From Balamuthia mandrillaris (lineage: Eukaryota): a stretch of 64,000 bases of DNA. Location of the stretch: positions 186,001-250,000 of the forward strand of contig JAVKOQ020000036.1 in the NCBI GenBank assembly GCA_031835245.2, in the 5' to 3' direction. Shown piece by piece: positions 1-15,103 of the stretch. The notes under the pieces were generated by a model that saw only the letters and a program-made list of their open reading frames with translations, had not been told where the DNA came from and did no database searches. How positions within the stretch are numbered: position 1 is the first letter of the stretch; each line of letters begins with the position of its first letter. The position numbers were made by a program, and so were the translations under genes.

Positions 1-818
<818 letters not shown>

Positions 819-1112
819 CCGGTCTCTTCTTTCGAACGAACACGTCAGCCAACTTATCTACCAAAGATCAGATCCGTAAATACATCCCATGACGTCGTGG
901 CAACAACAATAACCATGACGTCGTGATGTTTTGCGTTTTCCCGCCCTTTTTTTCGCAGAAAGAAAGAAAAGAGGTGAAAAAGAAATGTGTGGCGGCAACA
1001 CAAGAGAGAGAGATGAATCCGCGAAAAGATGAACCCCAGAGTTATATTTATTTCAATTTTTTTAAAAAAAAAACAAAGAAGAAGAGTCTAAAATTAAACC
1101 TAAATAATAAGA

Positions 1113-2668
1113 ATGGATAGCACGCAGCCCACAACCAGAAGGCAAATATGGGGAGGCATCACCAGCCGAACGGACCTGTTTGCAGAGATTCTCAGGCGAG
1201 GTTCTGCCGCCCGCGACGCTTCCTCCTCCGCCACTTCCGACGCCACAGCACCTGCTACGACGACGACAAGTGCCACCACGAAGACCAAACGAGCCATCAA
1301 AGGGTTTCATGCTGCCCCTTCAGGGGCATTGCTGCTGCTGAGCCCTCTTCCAGCCGACAAACACCAGGAAGCTGAGGCAGAAGAGACCGGTCTCGCTTCA
1401 TTGGCTTCGTTGCAGGATACTTGCCTCCACTTCTTCCTGGATGCACTGGTGGATGGCGGAGAGACGCCTCGTAGCTCCATCGTAGCAGCGGCCGTGGCTC
1501 GCCTGGGCGTGGACCTGAGGCTGCGTCTCCTGGAAATGCTGGTCGAGCTGAGGGCTGTCACCGATGAAGCGCTTGACCTCTTGTTGGATGCTTCTCTGAA
1601 GCAATTGTCCTTGGCCCGTTGCGTGTTGGTTTCGAACGCTGGTACTTAGTCCTCTGATCCCTTTCGCTCTCTCTCTCTCTCTCTCTCCTCTCCTTTCTCT
1701 CTCTCTCTCCTTTCTCTCTCTCCCTCCCTCTCCCCTTGCTCTCTCTCCCTTCTCTCTCTCTCTCCCTCTCTTCCTCTGCTCTGCTCTGTTTCCTTCTCTC
1801 TTCTAAGGTATGAGCATAAAAGGATTGGAAGCTATAGCGAAGAGGTGTCCCAACATGGAAGACCTCAATTTGGCGCAGCTGCATCGCCCGACGGTGGACG
1901 GCCTGCTCAGCCTTCTTAGTGGCTGCCCTCGCTTGCACTGCTTGCAGTTGGCCGGATGGCAGCAACTAGATGACCATACACTATCTCAGCTGCTGGCGGA
2001 GGCACAACGAACAGGTCACAGAACCACTCTAACTGCTCTCACTTTGAAGAACACGGGCATTACTTCCAAGGGTTTAAGCTTATTGGCAGGCAGCAATGGC
2101 ATTGTTGACCGCTCGGTTGCAAGTGGCGGAGAGAAGGTTGACGATGGTGAGGCCTCTTCTATTCCCCTTCCGAACTTGGAGGTAATAGATCTTAGATGGT
2201 TGAAGGATTGGGATGGAGAAACGGTGGCGGCCGTAGCAAGGCAGTGCAAGAAGCTGCATTCCATCGACGTGGCCTGGTGCAGCAACATTGTGGATGACTC
2301 GTTGCTTGATAGGCTTGGCAAGGTATATCACTTTTGTTGTTTTTGTGCTTTGTTACCTCTCCTTTCTTCCCCACCATCCAATCTCTTCTCCCTTTTCTTT
2401 CACCGTCTCCATAAGCTTTCTTCTCACTCTCGCCAAAACAAAAAGGCATTCGGAGAGCGATTGCAACACATCAACCTGGAGATGTGCTTCTCTATCTCGG
2501 ATGCAGGTGTGGACAGCTTGTGCCAATATTGCCCAAACCTGAAGCACTTGCGATTGAAGAACTGCCAACACTTGACGGACCAATCCTTGTATGCTATCGG
2601 CAGATTTTGCAAGTCCCTCGTTGCTTTAAACATTTCAGGTACTATTCTTCTTTCTTTCTTTTTCTCTC

Positions 2669-2706
<38 letters not shown>

Positions 2707-3056
2707 CTCTCTTTCAGTTTCTCATACCACCACCAACAATAGGATGTACCGGTTGTACATGGGAAGGAGTGAAAGCCATCCTTCGCAGCAACGGCCCTTC
2801 CATCCAGGCTCTCAGTCTCCTCGGTGTAAACCTCTTATCCTCCTCTTCGCAAGAGGAAATGCTCTCCCACTTGTTATCCTCCTGTCCCGCCCTCAAAGCG
2901 CTGGACTTGCCAGGGGAGGAGGATCACCAACCCCTCTGCGAGGAGCGCGGGGTGTACGTGGTGAGGAGAAACCAGCTGAGGGGCGGCCCGGATTTCACCC
3001 ACCCTCTCCTGGACTATTCGGTGTATGACAGTGAGACTCCTGTCACCACCATTTGA
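1113..3056 (+). CDS. Cysteine-containing leucine-rich repeat (F-box/RNI-like LRR) protein
   Basis: About 4 exons with repeated LxxLxLxxC motifs (LKQLSLARC, LHSIDVAWC, LQHINLEMC, LKHLRLKNC, LVALNISGC); TC-rich GT-AG introns. Confidence 0.8.
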
Positions 3057-3407
3057 TGACCTCCTTTGTAAGACCAACACCACACACACTTTTCAACTGA
3101 GAGTCAGAGAGAAGCAAGGCAATTTCTTTTGTAGTATGATAAAGACTCGTGTTAAACTTTAAACGATGAGTAGAATGAAGAAGAACATTCGCCACCATTC
3201 TAGGACCTTCTTCTCCTCAACCAGGAGAATGGATGATGTGCGAATGTTGTGGGAGATCATCGGTCGGAGCAGCTTAAGTCCACAAGACCATATGCACGAA
3301 CAGCCAAGCGGACTGTGCTCAAGCAAAAGACAAGCAAAGAAGACCGGGTAAACTTATGTTTACGATCGTACAGGCACGTGGTGCAAAAGCATCTGCGCCA
3401 ACAGACC

Positions 3408-3490
3408 AGTCTCACATGAGGTGATGGTCCAAGTCTCCCGGTACGTCCAGAGCTTTCAGCGTTGAACAAGAAGACAATACGTTGAAAAGA
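3408..3490 (-). pseudogene. Inverted decayed fragment homologous to the C-terminus of the adjacent LRR gene
   Basis: Minus strand reads LFNVLSSCSTLKALDVPGDLDHHLM*; the LRR gene (~2863-2945) reads LSHLLSSCPALKALDLPGEEDHQPLC. Many differences are synonymous. Confidence 0.65.
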
Positions 3491-3591
3491 ACGTATTCCA
3501 ACAAGGCGTGTAGGTTGTGCGACGAAATCAGCTGCGGATTTGTGGCGTGTGTGGCCAACATACTTCCGATATCTCCATTTGTAGTTGCGAC

Positions 3592-5436
3592 TTACTTTTT
3601 ATTTGATGTTCCAAAAAGTTCGTCAAATATCTGTGAGACTTTTTTAGTATTCTGTATTTCCACCTCCTGTGCCGCTCTTCCTGCTCGCTCTGTATCGTTA
3701 CCATCGTTGGCCAGCAAAGGCCTCATCGCCACATCCATGCTGTTGAGCAGTGTTTCCGCCTCCTTCCCTCTTCCCGTCCTACCCAACAAATCCACCATGC
3801 GGTTGTAATGCTCCGCTGCGGGTTGCACAGCATGCTTCTCTCTCATGGCGGCAAAGCAGGATGCGCCCTCCTCCACTAGTCTTGCCTGGTTGTATGCATT
3901 CAGCAATTTGAAGGTGATGACATCAGGCTGCATGCCTTGTTGCAGCATGTCATCAAACGTAGCTAGTGCTTTTCTCTCTTGACCATTCCCTCCATATGCA
4001 GCAATCATTGAGTTCCATGTCACTATATTCCGTTCCTTCATCTCCTGGAACACAGCACGTGCATCCTCCACCTGCCCGCACTTGCCATACATGCTGATCA
4101 GGGCGTTTGACAGAACCACATCGGGAAGGAAGCGTTGGCGGAGGAGCTGAGCGTGCACCTGTTTGCCCACCTCCAAGTCCTTCTCTGTTGCACAGGCCTT
4201 CAGCACACTGCTGAAGGTGAAAGCATCTGGTGCCACACTTGCCTGCTGCATCTGATGAAACAGCGCCAGGGCCTTCTTTCCCTCTCCAAAATTTGTTTCT
4301 GCTGTAATCATTGAGTTCCACGTCTCCACGTTGCGTTCCTTCATCTCTTGGAACACAGCACGTGCATCCTCCACCTGCCCGCACTTGCCATACATGCTGA
4401 TCAGGGCGTTTGACAGAACCACATTGGGAAGGAAGCGTTGGCGGAGGAGCTGAGCGTGCACCTGTTTGCCCGTCTCCAAGTCCTTCTCCGTTGCACAGGC
4501 CTTCAGCACAACACTGAAGGTGATGGTGTTAGGTGCCACGCCTGCCTGCTGCATCTGATGAAACAGCGCCAGGGCCTTCTTTCCCTCTCCAAAATTTGTT
4601 TCTGCTGTAATTATTGAGTTCCACGTCGTAAAATCCCGTTCCTTCATCTCTTGGAACACAGCACGTGCATCCTCCACCTGCCCGCACTTGCCATACATGC
4701 TGATCAGGGCGTTTGACAGAACCACATTGGGAAGGAAGCGTTGGCGGAGGAGCTGAGCGTGCACCTGTTTGCCCACCTCCAAGTCCTTCTCTGTTGCACA
4801 GGCCTTCAGCACACTGCTGAAGGTGAAAGCATCTGGTGCCACACTTGCCTGCTGCATCTGATGAAACAGCGCCAGGGCCTTCGACCCATGGCCACGCTGT
4901 GTGTAGGTTTGGATTAAGGCATTCCAAACCCCTACCTCCTGCTTCTCCACCGCCTGCTTTGGCATCTCATCAAACACTGCACTATCTAGATCCACTCTCC
5001 CACACCTCCCATAGGTGCTAATGAGGGTGGCAGCCGAGGAGCCAAGAGCGGGCTTGGTAGAAAACTTTGGGCGAGAAGGAGAGAGGCTGAGGAGGTGGGC
5101 GTGCAGCCGCTGGCAGACCAACAAGGCTTGCTCTTCTCTGCACCGCTTGAGCAGGTCCGTGTAGGCCTTATCCTTTGCTCGTACGGCTGCCCTTTCCATC
5201 TCCTCCAGCACAGCGCTCACTGCCGTCTCCTCAAGGCGGCCGGCTGCTTTTGCCAGCTTTTGTAGCTGCTGGGTGAAGTTCCGGCTCGCCCGTGCCTCCG
5301 CCTGGCTTTCTCCTTCTCCCGTGCTTGCCGTCCCACGGTTCCGCGTCTTGGCTTTGCTTCTTCTCTTCTGCTTTCGTTGGTCAGGTGTTTGGGTGTCTGT
5401 GGACAGGTGTGAGCAACAACGACAGAAAAAAGACAA

Positions 5437-5472
<36 letters not shown>

Positions 5473-5628
5473 AAAAGAGAGCGTACCGTGTAAGCGGAAG
5501 GAGGTGTGATATTTACAGGAAGGAGGCGCAAGGGAGAGATGGTGACCACCAGGTACTAGCGCCAACCGCAGCCACCGTTGCATTGGGAAGGGCTTTGGAT
5601 GGTCCATCGCTCTGGGCAGCCGCAACAT
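3592..5628 (-). CDS. PLS-class pentatricopeptide repeat protein with E-like C-terminus and no DYW domain
   Basis: P (WNxxI..G..ALALFHQM), L (TFSSVLKAC..GKQVH) and S (NALISMYGKCG..A..VF.EM) triplets, followed by EHYNRMVDLLGRTG. Basic N-terminal exon; TC-rich intron at about 5403-5484. Confidence 0.92.
4010..4925 (-). repeat. Three near-identical 303-bp tandem units, each encoding one P-L-S PPR triplet
   Basis: The same sequence (e.g. ttccttcatctc) recurs at about 4033, 4336 and 4639, a period of 303 bp. Confidence 0.93.
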
Positions 5629-5822
5629 CTTTTCGTTTTTTCTTGTGTCTTTCTTTGCGATATTTTTTCTTCCTATTCAATTATTATTGTTATTATTTGA
5701 TATTCTACTTGCGTATGGACCAATGCAAATTCATACTTCCTCTAGATCTCACAAGATCCCAGAAAATCGACAGAAAATAGTAACAAAAAGAAAGAAGAAA
5801 AATATTATCGAAAAGAAGAAAA

Positions 5823-5878
<56 letters not shown>

Positions 5879-5890
5879 GAGAGAGAAACC

Positions 5891-8311
<2,421 letters not shown>

Positions 8312-8372
8312 CACTTTTCGTTGTTAAACTTTTTTCAAAGACTAAAACTACATAATGAAAGAATACAAGCTT

Positions 8373-9184
8373 TTAAGCAAGAGTTGGAGCGCCGCAAGAA
8401 GGACAGAATCGACCTTGTGGCAAAAGACTTGTTCCACACTGACCACAAAACTTTGCTCCTCCCCCACTCATCGACAAAGAAGATGGAGAGGAAGAATAAG
8501 AAGGCGCAGAGGAGTAAGAAGGCGCAGAAGAATAAGATGGAGGCGATGAAGAATAAGAAGCAGGCGCAGAGGAGGTCAAGGCAGAACGCTCAGCAGCCTC
8601 TTTCTCTCTCTTCTTTTGCTCTTTCTTCAGCTTCTTCTCCCGCTTCTTGCGGTCCTCCTCCTCCGCCTGCTTCTCCAGCCAATCCCCCAGCTTGTGTAAC
8701 TTCTTGCCCAACGCTTTGGAGGCATTTCCGCCACCTCCATCGCTCTCTTTTTTGTAAGAAGAAGAAGGAGAAGAAGACGAAGAAGATGGAGAGGAAGAAG
8801 AAGAGGATGGAGAGGAGGAAGAAGAGTTATTGACGAGCTTGCCGGTGAGCTTGAATTTGGGTTTGGGGATCTTGTTGCTGCTGCTGCTGCTTTTGGAAGA
8901 GCTCCAGCCGGAGGGAGACTTGGTGGTGTAGGTGGTTTGCTGCTTGGCCGTTTTGAGCTCTCCGGAACCGGTCGTGCCCACGCTATACCTGTTTGTTTTT
9001 TTTGAAAGCATCAAAAAAATATGCATAGAAAAGTTTGACTAAAGGTTATTTTTTTTAAAAAAAAAAAAGTAAAGAGGAGAAAAACGTGCATGGCGTTGTT
9101 GCCATAGCCGTAGCCAGAGGCAGAGTTGGCACCGACGGAAGCGCCCGTTCTTCGGAAGCCTGTGTTCTCTTGCGCCGCTCTCAT
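8373..9184 (-). CDS. Ser/Lys/Glu-rich protein with a C-terminal double zinc ribbon
   Basis: Exon 1 (9184-9090) joins exon 2 (8988-8373) in frame through a GC-AG intron. The protein ends AKFCGQCG..GRFCPSCGAP. Confidence 0.7.
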
Positions 9185-9466
9185 GCTATGCTGTTCTCTC
9201 TTTGGTTTGTTTTATTTATTTTTTTATTGTTGGAAATAATTTCGCATTTTATCCTATAATGAATTAAATATCGAATAAATGCTGAATTATTTTCCATATA
9301 TGCACCTTATTGTCGACATTTTCTTAAATATCGAATATTTTACATTCCAATCTAGGATTATCGACATTTTTCACAAGTTTTGATAAATTTCCATTTTATT
9401 CATTTCAAATATCGAATATTGTGAATAAATATTGACCAATTGAAAGAAAAGAAAAGAAAAAAAGAA

Positions 9467-11898
9467 ATGAAAGCCGCACAAGCGAAACGAAACCACCGCA
9501 ACCGCAACGACCAGGAAGGAGAGCTTCAACAGAGGTGGGAGTTCTCCACGATCTGTGCCTTCCTTCAAGTCTTTAGAGATAGCCTTCAGCTTGAGTCATT
9601 CAACCCTTCCGTACGACGTCGTTTAATCTCTCGCTGTCTCTCTCTTCTCTCACTCTCTTCATGAAAGCATTCATGGCCTCGTCATTGATTGATTTTTCTC
9701 GCTCTCACAGTTGTTGGAGAAAGCACTCGTTGCTCCTCCTCCTTCTGTTGCAGCGTCTAAAGAAGAAGAAGAAGCAGAGGTAAGCGCGATCTCTCCGGCG
9801 ACAACGAATGGCGGTGAGGGACATCGAGAAGAAGCGGAAGAAGAAGAACAGGGAGAAGAAGGGCAGCGTAAGGCCGGCAAACGACAGCTGGAGGAAGCGC
9901 GCAAATATTTGGTCGATCTGCACCTGCTCCTGCTGAGGCCCATTTATAGCGGCAAACTGAACCTCTCGTATGTGTTCTTCTTCCCGCCGTGCTCATTCTC
10001 TTTTGTCAGTGTGCTCTCTCTTCTTCTCTCTTCTCTTCACTCCTCTCTCCTCTTCTCTCTTCTCTCTCTTCTCTCTTCTCTCTTCTCTCTTCTCTCTCTT
10101 CTCTTCTCTCTTCTTTCTTCTTTCTTCTCTCTTCTCTCGCTCTATTTCTTCTATTCTCTCTTCTCCTCTCTGCTCTCGTTCTATCTTCTGGTGCCTCTCT
10201 TCTCCACTTCTCTACTGCACTGCTTCTCTTCTTTCCTCTCTGTTTGTGGTTCCTCCTCTATGGTTCTCTCTTCTGTGCTTCTGTGCTTCTCTCTCATCAT
10301 CAAGTCAAAAAAAAAAGAGAGCAAACATGGCAGAAAGTGCTTGAAACGAAGATCGGACGTCACTGGGACGAGTTTGAGGACTTTTTCGACTCGAATCCGC
10401 TATCCGACTCGTCTTACTGGGACTTGCCGTTGTACACCAAGGTATCAAACCGTGTTTCTCTATCTGTTCTGCTTCTCCTGTCTCTTCTTCTGCTGCTTGT
10501 TTACTTTCTCGTTTGTTCCTTCTCTTCTATACTCTCTCCTTTCTGTTCTCTATATGTTTATTTGTTCCTCACGCGCTTGCTATATGTAAAGATAATCATT
10601 CTCAAAGCTCTGTGTGACTGGCAACTGGACCGTAATAACGCCCTCATCGAAGCCATTGAAAACGAACCTGAAACATCTCCGAAATGGGTATATCTTTCTA
10701 TCTTTCTATCTTGCTTTCTGTTCCTTTTTTCTCTTTCTTTCTTTGGTGACTTATCTTTTTTGTTTGCCGTTATCCCATCAAGAGGTCAACTGAGGAATTA
10801 GGAATGGATGGACAACAAAACAAGTATTGGTATTTTGGAGGGAAACTTCTCTTCCGTGAGGAACGTTGCAGACTTGCCCGCACAGGACCTGCTGTCCCGA
10901 TAGTGCCTGGCAAGTGGGAAGTGGTACTTTAGCCCTTTTTTATTTCAACATTGTCTTCTCCGTTTATTTTGGTATTAACATTGTTTTCGTTTACTCTTTT
11001 TCGTTTGGTCAAAAGGTGGCAAGTACTGCGGAAGAGATCGAGTTTTTGGCTTTGACGCTGTCAGAGGCTGACGATAAGGAAGACCGCGCTCTTGCTGAAA
11101 TGTTGCTGGATGATATTATTCCCCCTCTCGTAGCACAACGCACGGTTCGTTTTTCTTTCTCTGAGAAAGACCGTTGTTCCCTGCTCGCAGATGCTTGTTG
11201 CTGCTTTCTTTCTAACACTTATTCAACAGAAAGAAGAAAGGGCGATGAACAGACGTCTACGGACACAAACGACAGGCGGCATCGATCCTCGCAACGTCAT
11301 TCAAGAGGGACAAAGAAGGTCCGCCCGCTTGAGAAACAAAGTGGACTACACCTACAACGACACGGAAGTTGACAAGTTACTCAAAGAATATGATAGAGAG
11401 TACAAGAAAGACAATTCCTCCTCCTCTTCTTCACCATCCACAAAACGAGGACTTGCACCAGAGAGAGCACCAACCAGGCAAAGCAAACGGTTACGCAGCA
11501 AACAAGCTGGAGAAGAAGAAGAGGAAGAAGATAAAGATTATGAAGCAGAAAGAGAAGAGGGAAGAGGGACGAACGGAGCGAAACAAAGCAGACGACACGA
11601 AGAAGAGGAAGAAAGTTCAGAAAGTGCAGAAGAAGAAGAAGAAGAACAAGAACATGTGGAAGAAAGCGAAGAAGAAGTTCAAGAAAGTGAGGAAGAAGAG
11701 GAAGAAAGAGTGGCGCAACTCAAACAAGAGAACGAAGAAAATGGGGGCGACGTAAAAGTAAAAGAGGAGGAGGAGGAAGAAGAAGAACAAGCATACGCTG
11801 CACAAAATGGAGTCAACATCAAAAGGGAAAAAGAAGAGCAGAAAGAGAACGAAAAACAAACGAAGCCACAAGTCAAACGCGAACCAATGGATCACTGA
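9467..11898 (+). CDS. DDT/WHIM-domain chromatin protein (RSF1/CECR2-like ISWI partner) with acidic tail
   Basis: LQQRWEFSTICAFLQVF..LEKAL..LVDLHLLLL..TWQKVL; YWDLPLYTKIIILKALCDWQL (WHIM1-like); LGMDGQQNKYWYFG (WHIM2/WSD-like). Confidence 0.8.
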
Positions 11899-12485
11899 TC
11901 GATATGGAATAATAAAGACTCAGTGAGTGGCAACAAAAAACGCACGAAACATCAACACAAAACGCTTTTTTTTTGGCAATAGGTTTTTCATCTGCATTTC
12001 TTTCTTCCATTGCCGCCCCCATTTCTTCCATCTCTCCTTCGTTTCTTCCCTTTGCGACTTCTTCTTCGAAAGAAACAACAAAAACATTACCAACAAAAAA
12101 CTACTTCAAGGGGGGACACATTTTGTCCAGCCGCATCTTCCTCTTTTTCGCACGTATCCAAATTGGACAATCGTTGCCGACCGATCCGCACGCTTGGTTT
12201 CGCAACGAAGGAAAAATCCCGAAAACACACCAACTTTCGGCCAGTTTGGCCACGAGATTTCGAGGTTGATAGCTATAGTGGACCAATGGGAGGAGCATGG
12301 TGGATTCCACTTTGAAAGTGAGGGAGAAGTGTCGGACTTTGGAGCCCGCTTTCAGGAGGACCGAGGTTTCAGGCATTACCTCAAGGATCGGCCCCAAGGA
12401 TAAATAGCTCCACGGTTCTGTCTTCCCCAATCCAACATCAACAAACAAAACAATAAACAACAAACAACAAAGAGCAAGCAAAAGG

Positions 12486-13514
12486 ATGAAGTTGCTGTTG
12501 ACAGTGGCCTTGCTGGCGTTGTTCGCCTCTGCTTCCCTGGGACGAGTGAACTATGGCTCCGGAGATGTGACCTACGATGGAGATGACGTGACCTACGACG
12601 GCGGGGACGTCTCTTACGATGGTGGAGATGTGAGCTATGATGGCGGCGATGTCTCCTATGACGGCGATGTGACCTACGATGGCGGTGATGTTTCTTATGA
12701 TGGCGGCGATGTCAGCTACGACGGTGGTGATGTTTCCTACGATGGTAGCGACGTGTCTTACGATGGCGGTGATGTGTCTTACGACGGTGGTGACGTGACC
12801 TACGACGGTGGTGATGTCAGCTACGATGGAGGAGACGTGTCTTATGATGGTGGTGATGTGTCTTACGACGGCGGTGACGTGACTTACGATGGTGGAGATG
12901 TGTCCTACGATGGAGGAGACGTCTCTTACGACGGTGGTGGTCTCTTATGATGGTGGTGATGTGTCCTACGACGGTGGTGACGTCTCTTACGACGGTGGTG
13001 ACGTCTCTTATGATGGTGGTGATGTGTCTTACGACGGCGGTGACGTGACGATGGTGGTGATGTGTCCTACGATGGAGGAGACGTCTCTTACGACGGTGGT
13101 GATGTCTCTTACGATGGTGGTGATGTGACCTATGACGGAGGAGATGTGTCCTACGATGGTGGTGATGTGTCTTACGATGGCGGTGACATCGAGTATGATG
13201 GTGGCTGCTACTATGATGACAGCGACGTGACCTACGACGGCGGTGATGTCTCTTACGATGGAGGAGACGTGACCTACGATGGCGGTGATGTCTCTTACGA
13301 CGGCGGGGACGTGTCCTACGACGGAGGTGATGTCTCTTACGACGGAGGAGACGTGACCTACGACGGCGGTGATGTGTCTTACGATGGCGGAGACGTGAAC
13401 TACGATGGTGGAGACGTGGCGTACGACGGCAGCGCGTACGAGGGTGGCAGCGATGTGGTGAACTACAAGGATGAGACCTCTGCTGCCTCCTCCACCTCCT
13501 CTTTCTTCTTCTGA
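12486..13514 (+). CDS. Secreted YDGGDV[S/T] heptad-repeat protein, copy 1 (frame interrupted near 12940 and 13049)
   Basis: Signal peptide MKLLLTVALLALFASASLG, then about 42 heptads, ending ETSAASSTSSFFF. A 2-nt and a 4-nt deletion relative to the repeat consensus give a TGA at 12948. Confidence 0.85.
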
Positions 13515-13790
13515 ACGAAGAAGACGTTGGATCTGAAAAAAAGTGATGCTCACTATGCTCCTCACCGGAACAAACAGGAAAGAAAATAACAAAAAGAGTT
13601 ACAACGACGTCCTTTTTGTTTAGAACCTCTTTTTTTTTCTTTCTTGTTCCTTTTTTTAAAAGATGAAGTTTTTGTTTTGTTGTTTCTTTTTGTATTGTCT
13701 TTAGAACCTTTTCTTTTAACTTTAAAGTTTTAAATAAACAACAACAACAAAAAAAAAAAAAGAAGGCCTTCATTCTATAGTGAATGTCAT

Positions 13791-14783
13791 TCACGACGAA
13801 GAAGAAGAGGAAGAGAGTTGAACCATGGTTTGCCACCAGAGCCTGTGACGAGCCTGACAATCCCTGAACATAGCTTCCACAGAGGCAGCCGTGCCATCGA
13901 ACCTCTTCAAAAGCTGCGGGTGAGGGTTGAAGCACTGCGACATCCTGTCCCTGTTGACCCGGATGAACCAGTCGGCGGTGCCGCCCCTCCAATGGAGATC
14001 CACCATCTGCTTGACCAGCGGAGCCAGCTCGCTCGGCTGTGGTCTCTTGGTGTTGATCTGGTTGCGCACCCTCTGGCGCAGGTCGTGGGCGGGGCTCTCC
14101 TCGATGATGTCCGCTGCGTCGTCGTGGCCGTTCATTCTGGCCGCTTGGAAGGAGCGCATCCCAGAGAAGCCTCCCTGAGCCATGGTGTCCGCCCCTGCCT
14201 CGACCAACGTTCGGACCATCTCCACCCTCTTGGCCTCGTCCTCCTTCAGCACGTCGTCCGTGCCAGGGTGGGTGCAGGCATAGTAGAGGGGCTTGTTCTG
14301 GTACCAATCGTCCGCGTTGACGAAGGCCCCGTTCTCCAACAACAGACGAACAGCCTCGGTGTTGCCGCTTGCCACGGCCAAGTGCAACGCCGTCTCTCCG
14401 TGTTTCTCCCTGGCCACGTTCAACAACAGAGGAGCACCGGGCTGCTGCTCGCATTTTTTCTTGAGGGCAAGGACGTCCCCTTTGCGTGCTGCCTCGAAGA
14501 GCTCCTCGTCCCGCGGGGTGGGATAAAGCAAAGCAGGCTCCGAGGGAGAGCAAGGGGCGTACCAGGGGTTGTTGATGCGGTCCCCTGGCCCGGTCCACAT
14601 GGAGCAGAGCAAGGCGCTGTGGTCCTGTTGGTCGGCCGTTTGGCAGGCGTCGCTGCAGTAGTAGCCGGCGGAGCAGGTGGCGCAAGGAGGTCGCCCGCCC
14701 ACCGGTTTGGTGAGGCAGCGCTGGCACAAGAGCTCCACCGGAGAAGAGGAAGAGGCGGGGGCGGAAGCGTTGCTGGATTCCAT
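13791..14783 (-). CDS. MYND-type zinc finger plus ankyrin repeat protein, intronless
   Basis: CQRC..CATC..YYCSDACQTAD..H..LC; ankyrin motifs GETALHLAVASGNTEAVRLLLENGA and KPLYYAC..MVRTLVEAGAD. Confidence 0.88.
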   Translation of the reverse strand: MESSNASAPASSSSPVELLCQRCLTKPVGGRPPCATCSAGYYCSDACQTADQQDHSALLCSMWTGPGDRINNPWYAPCSPSEPALLYPTPRDEELFEAARKGDVLALKKKCEQQPGAPLLLNVAREKHGETALHLAVASGNTEAVRLLLENGAFVNADDWYQNKPLYYACTHPGTDDVLKEDEAKRVEMVRTLVEAGADTMAQGGFSGMRSFQAARMNGHDDAADIIEESPAHDLRQRVRNQINTKRPQPSELAPLVKQMVDLHWRGGTADWFIRVNRDRMSQCFNPHPQLLKRFDGTAASVEAMFRDCQARHRLWWQTMVQLSSSSSSS

Positions 14784-15103
14784 GGGTAAGTCTCCGGCGC
14801 AAGAACGAGAGTCTCTCTGTTCTTTTTTGTTTTGGTTCTATAATGTGTTTCAATAAGTGGCCAATTACCAGCCGGACCACAAGCTTGTGGGGCTCACAAG
14901 TCAGATAACGTTGCAGAAAGAGAGCAGCAATACCAGAGCCAAGGATCGCCTAACCCCTCGACAGAGGCTAAATGGAGTATTGCTTGCCCCGAGAAGAATG
15001 ATAGATAATTTTCTTTAAAAAAAACAACAACAGACTGTTGAGATAGCAAGGAACAATGCACCGATGCAATGCTGAGTTTTGTAAGCCATTTTCTGCAATA
15101 GGT

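Noticed and set aside
3411..3416. TGA aligned to a Cys codon in the LRR ghost, read as possible selenocysteine
   Set aside because: Homology collapses after it, no SECIS was seen, and the Cys has no redox context; a nonsense mutation is simpler.
12817..14880. Long antisense Arg/His-rich ORFs over the YDGG and ankyrin genes (also 41838-42965 and 41855-42769)
   Set aside because: Shadow frames of the stop-poor repeat; codon variation is synonymous only in the YDGG frame.
14925..14985. AGCAATAC...GTATTGCT hairpin as an ncRNA
   Set aside because: Short stem with no H/ACA or C/D boxes; compatible with chance.
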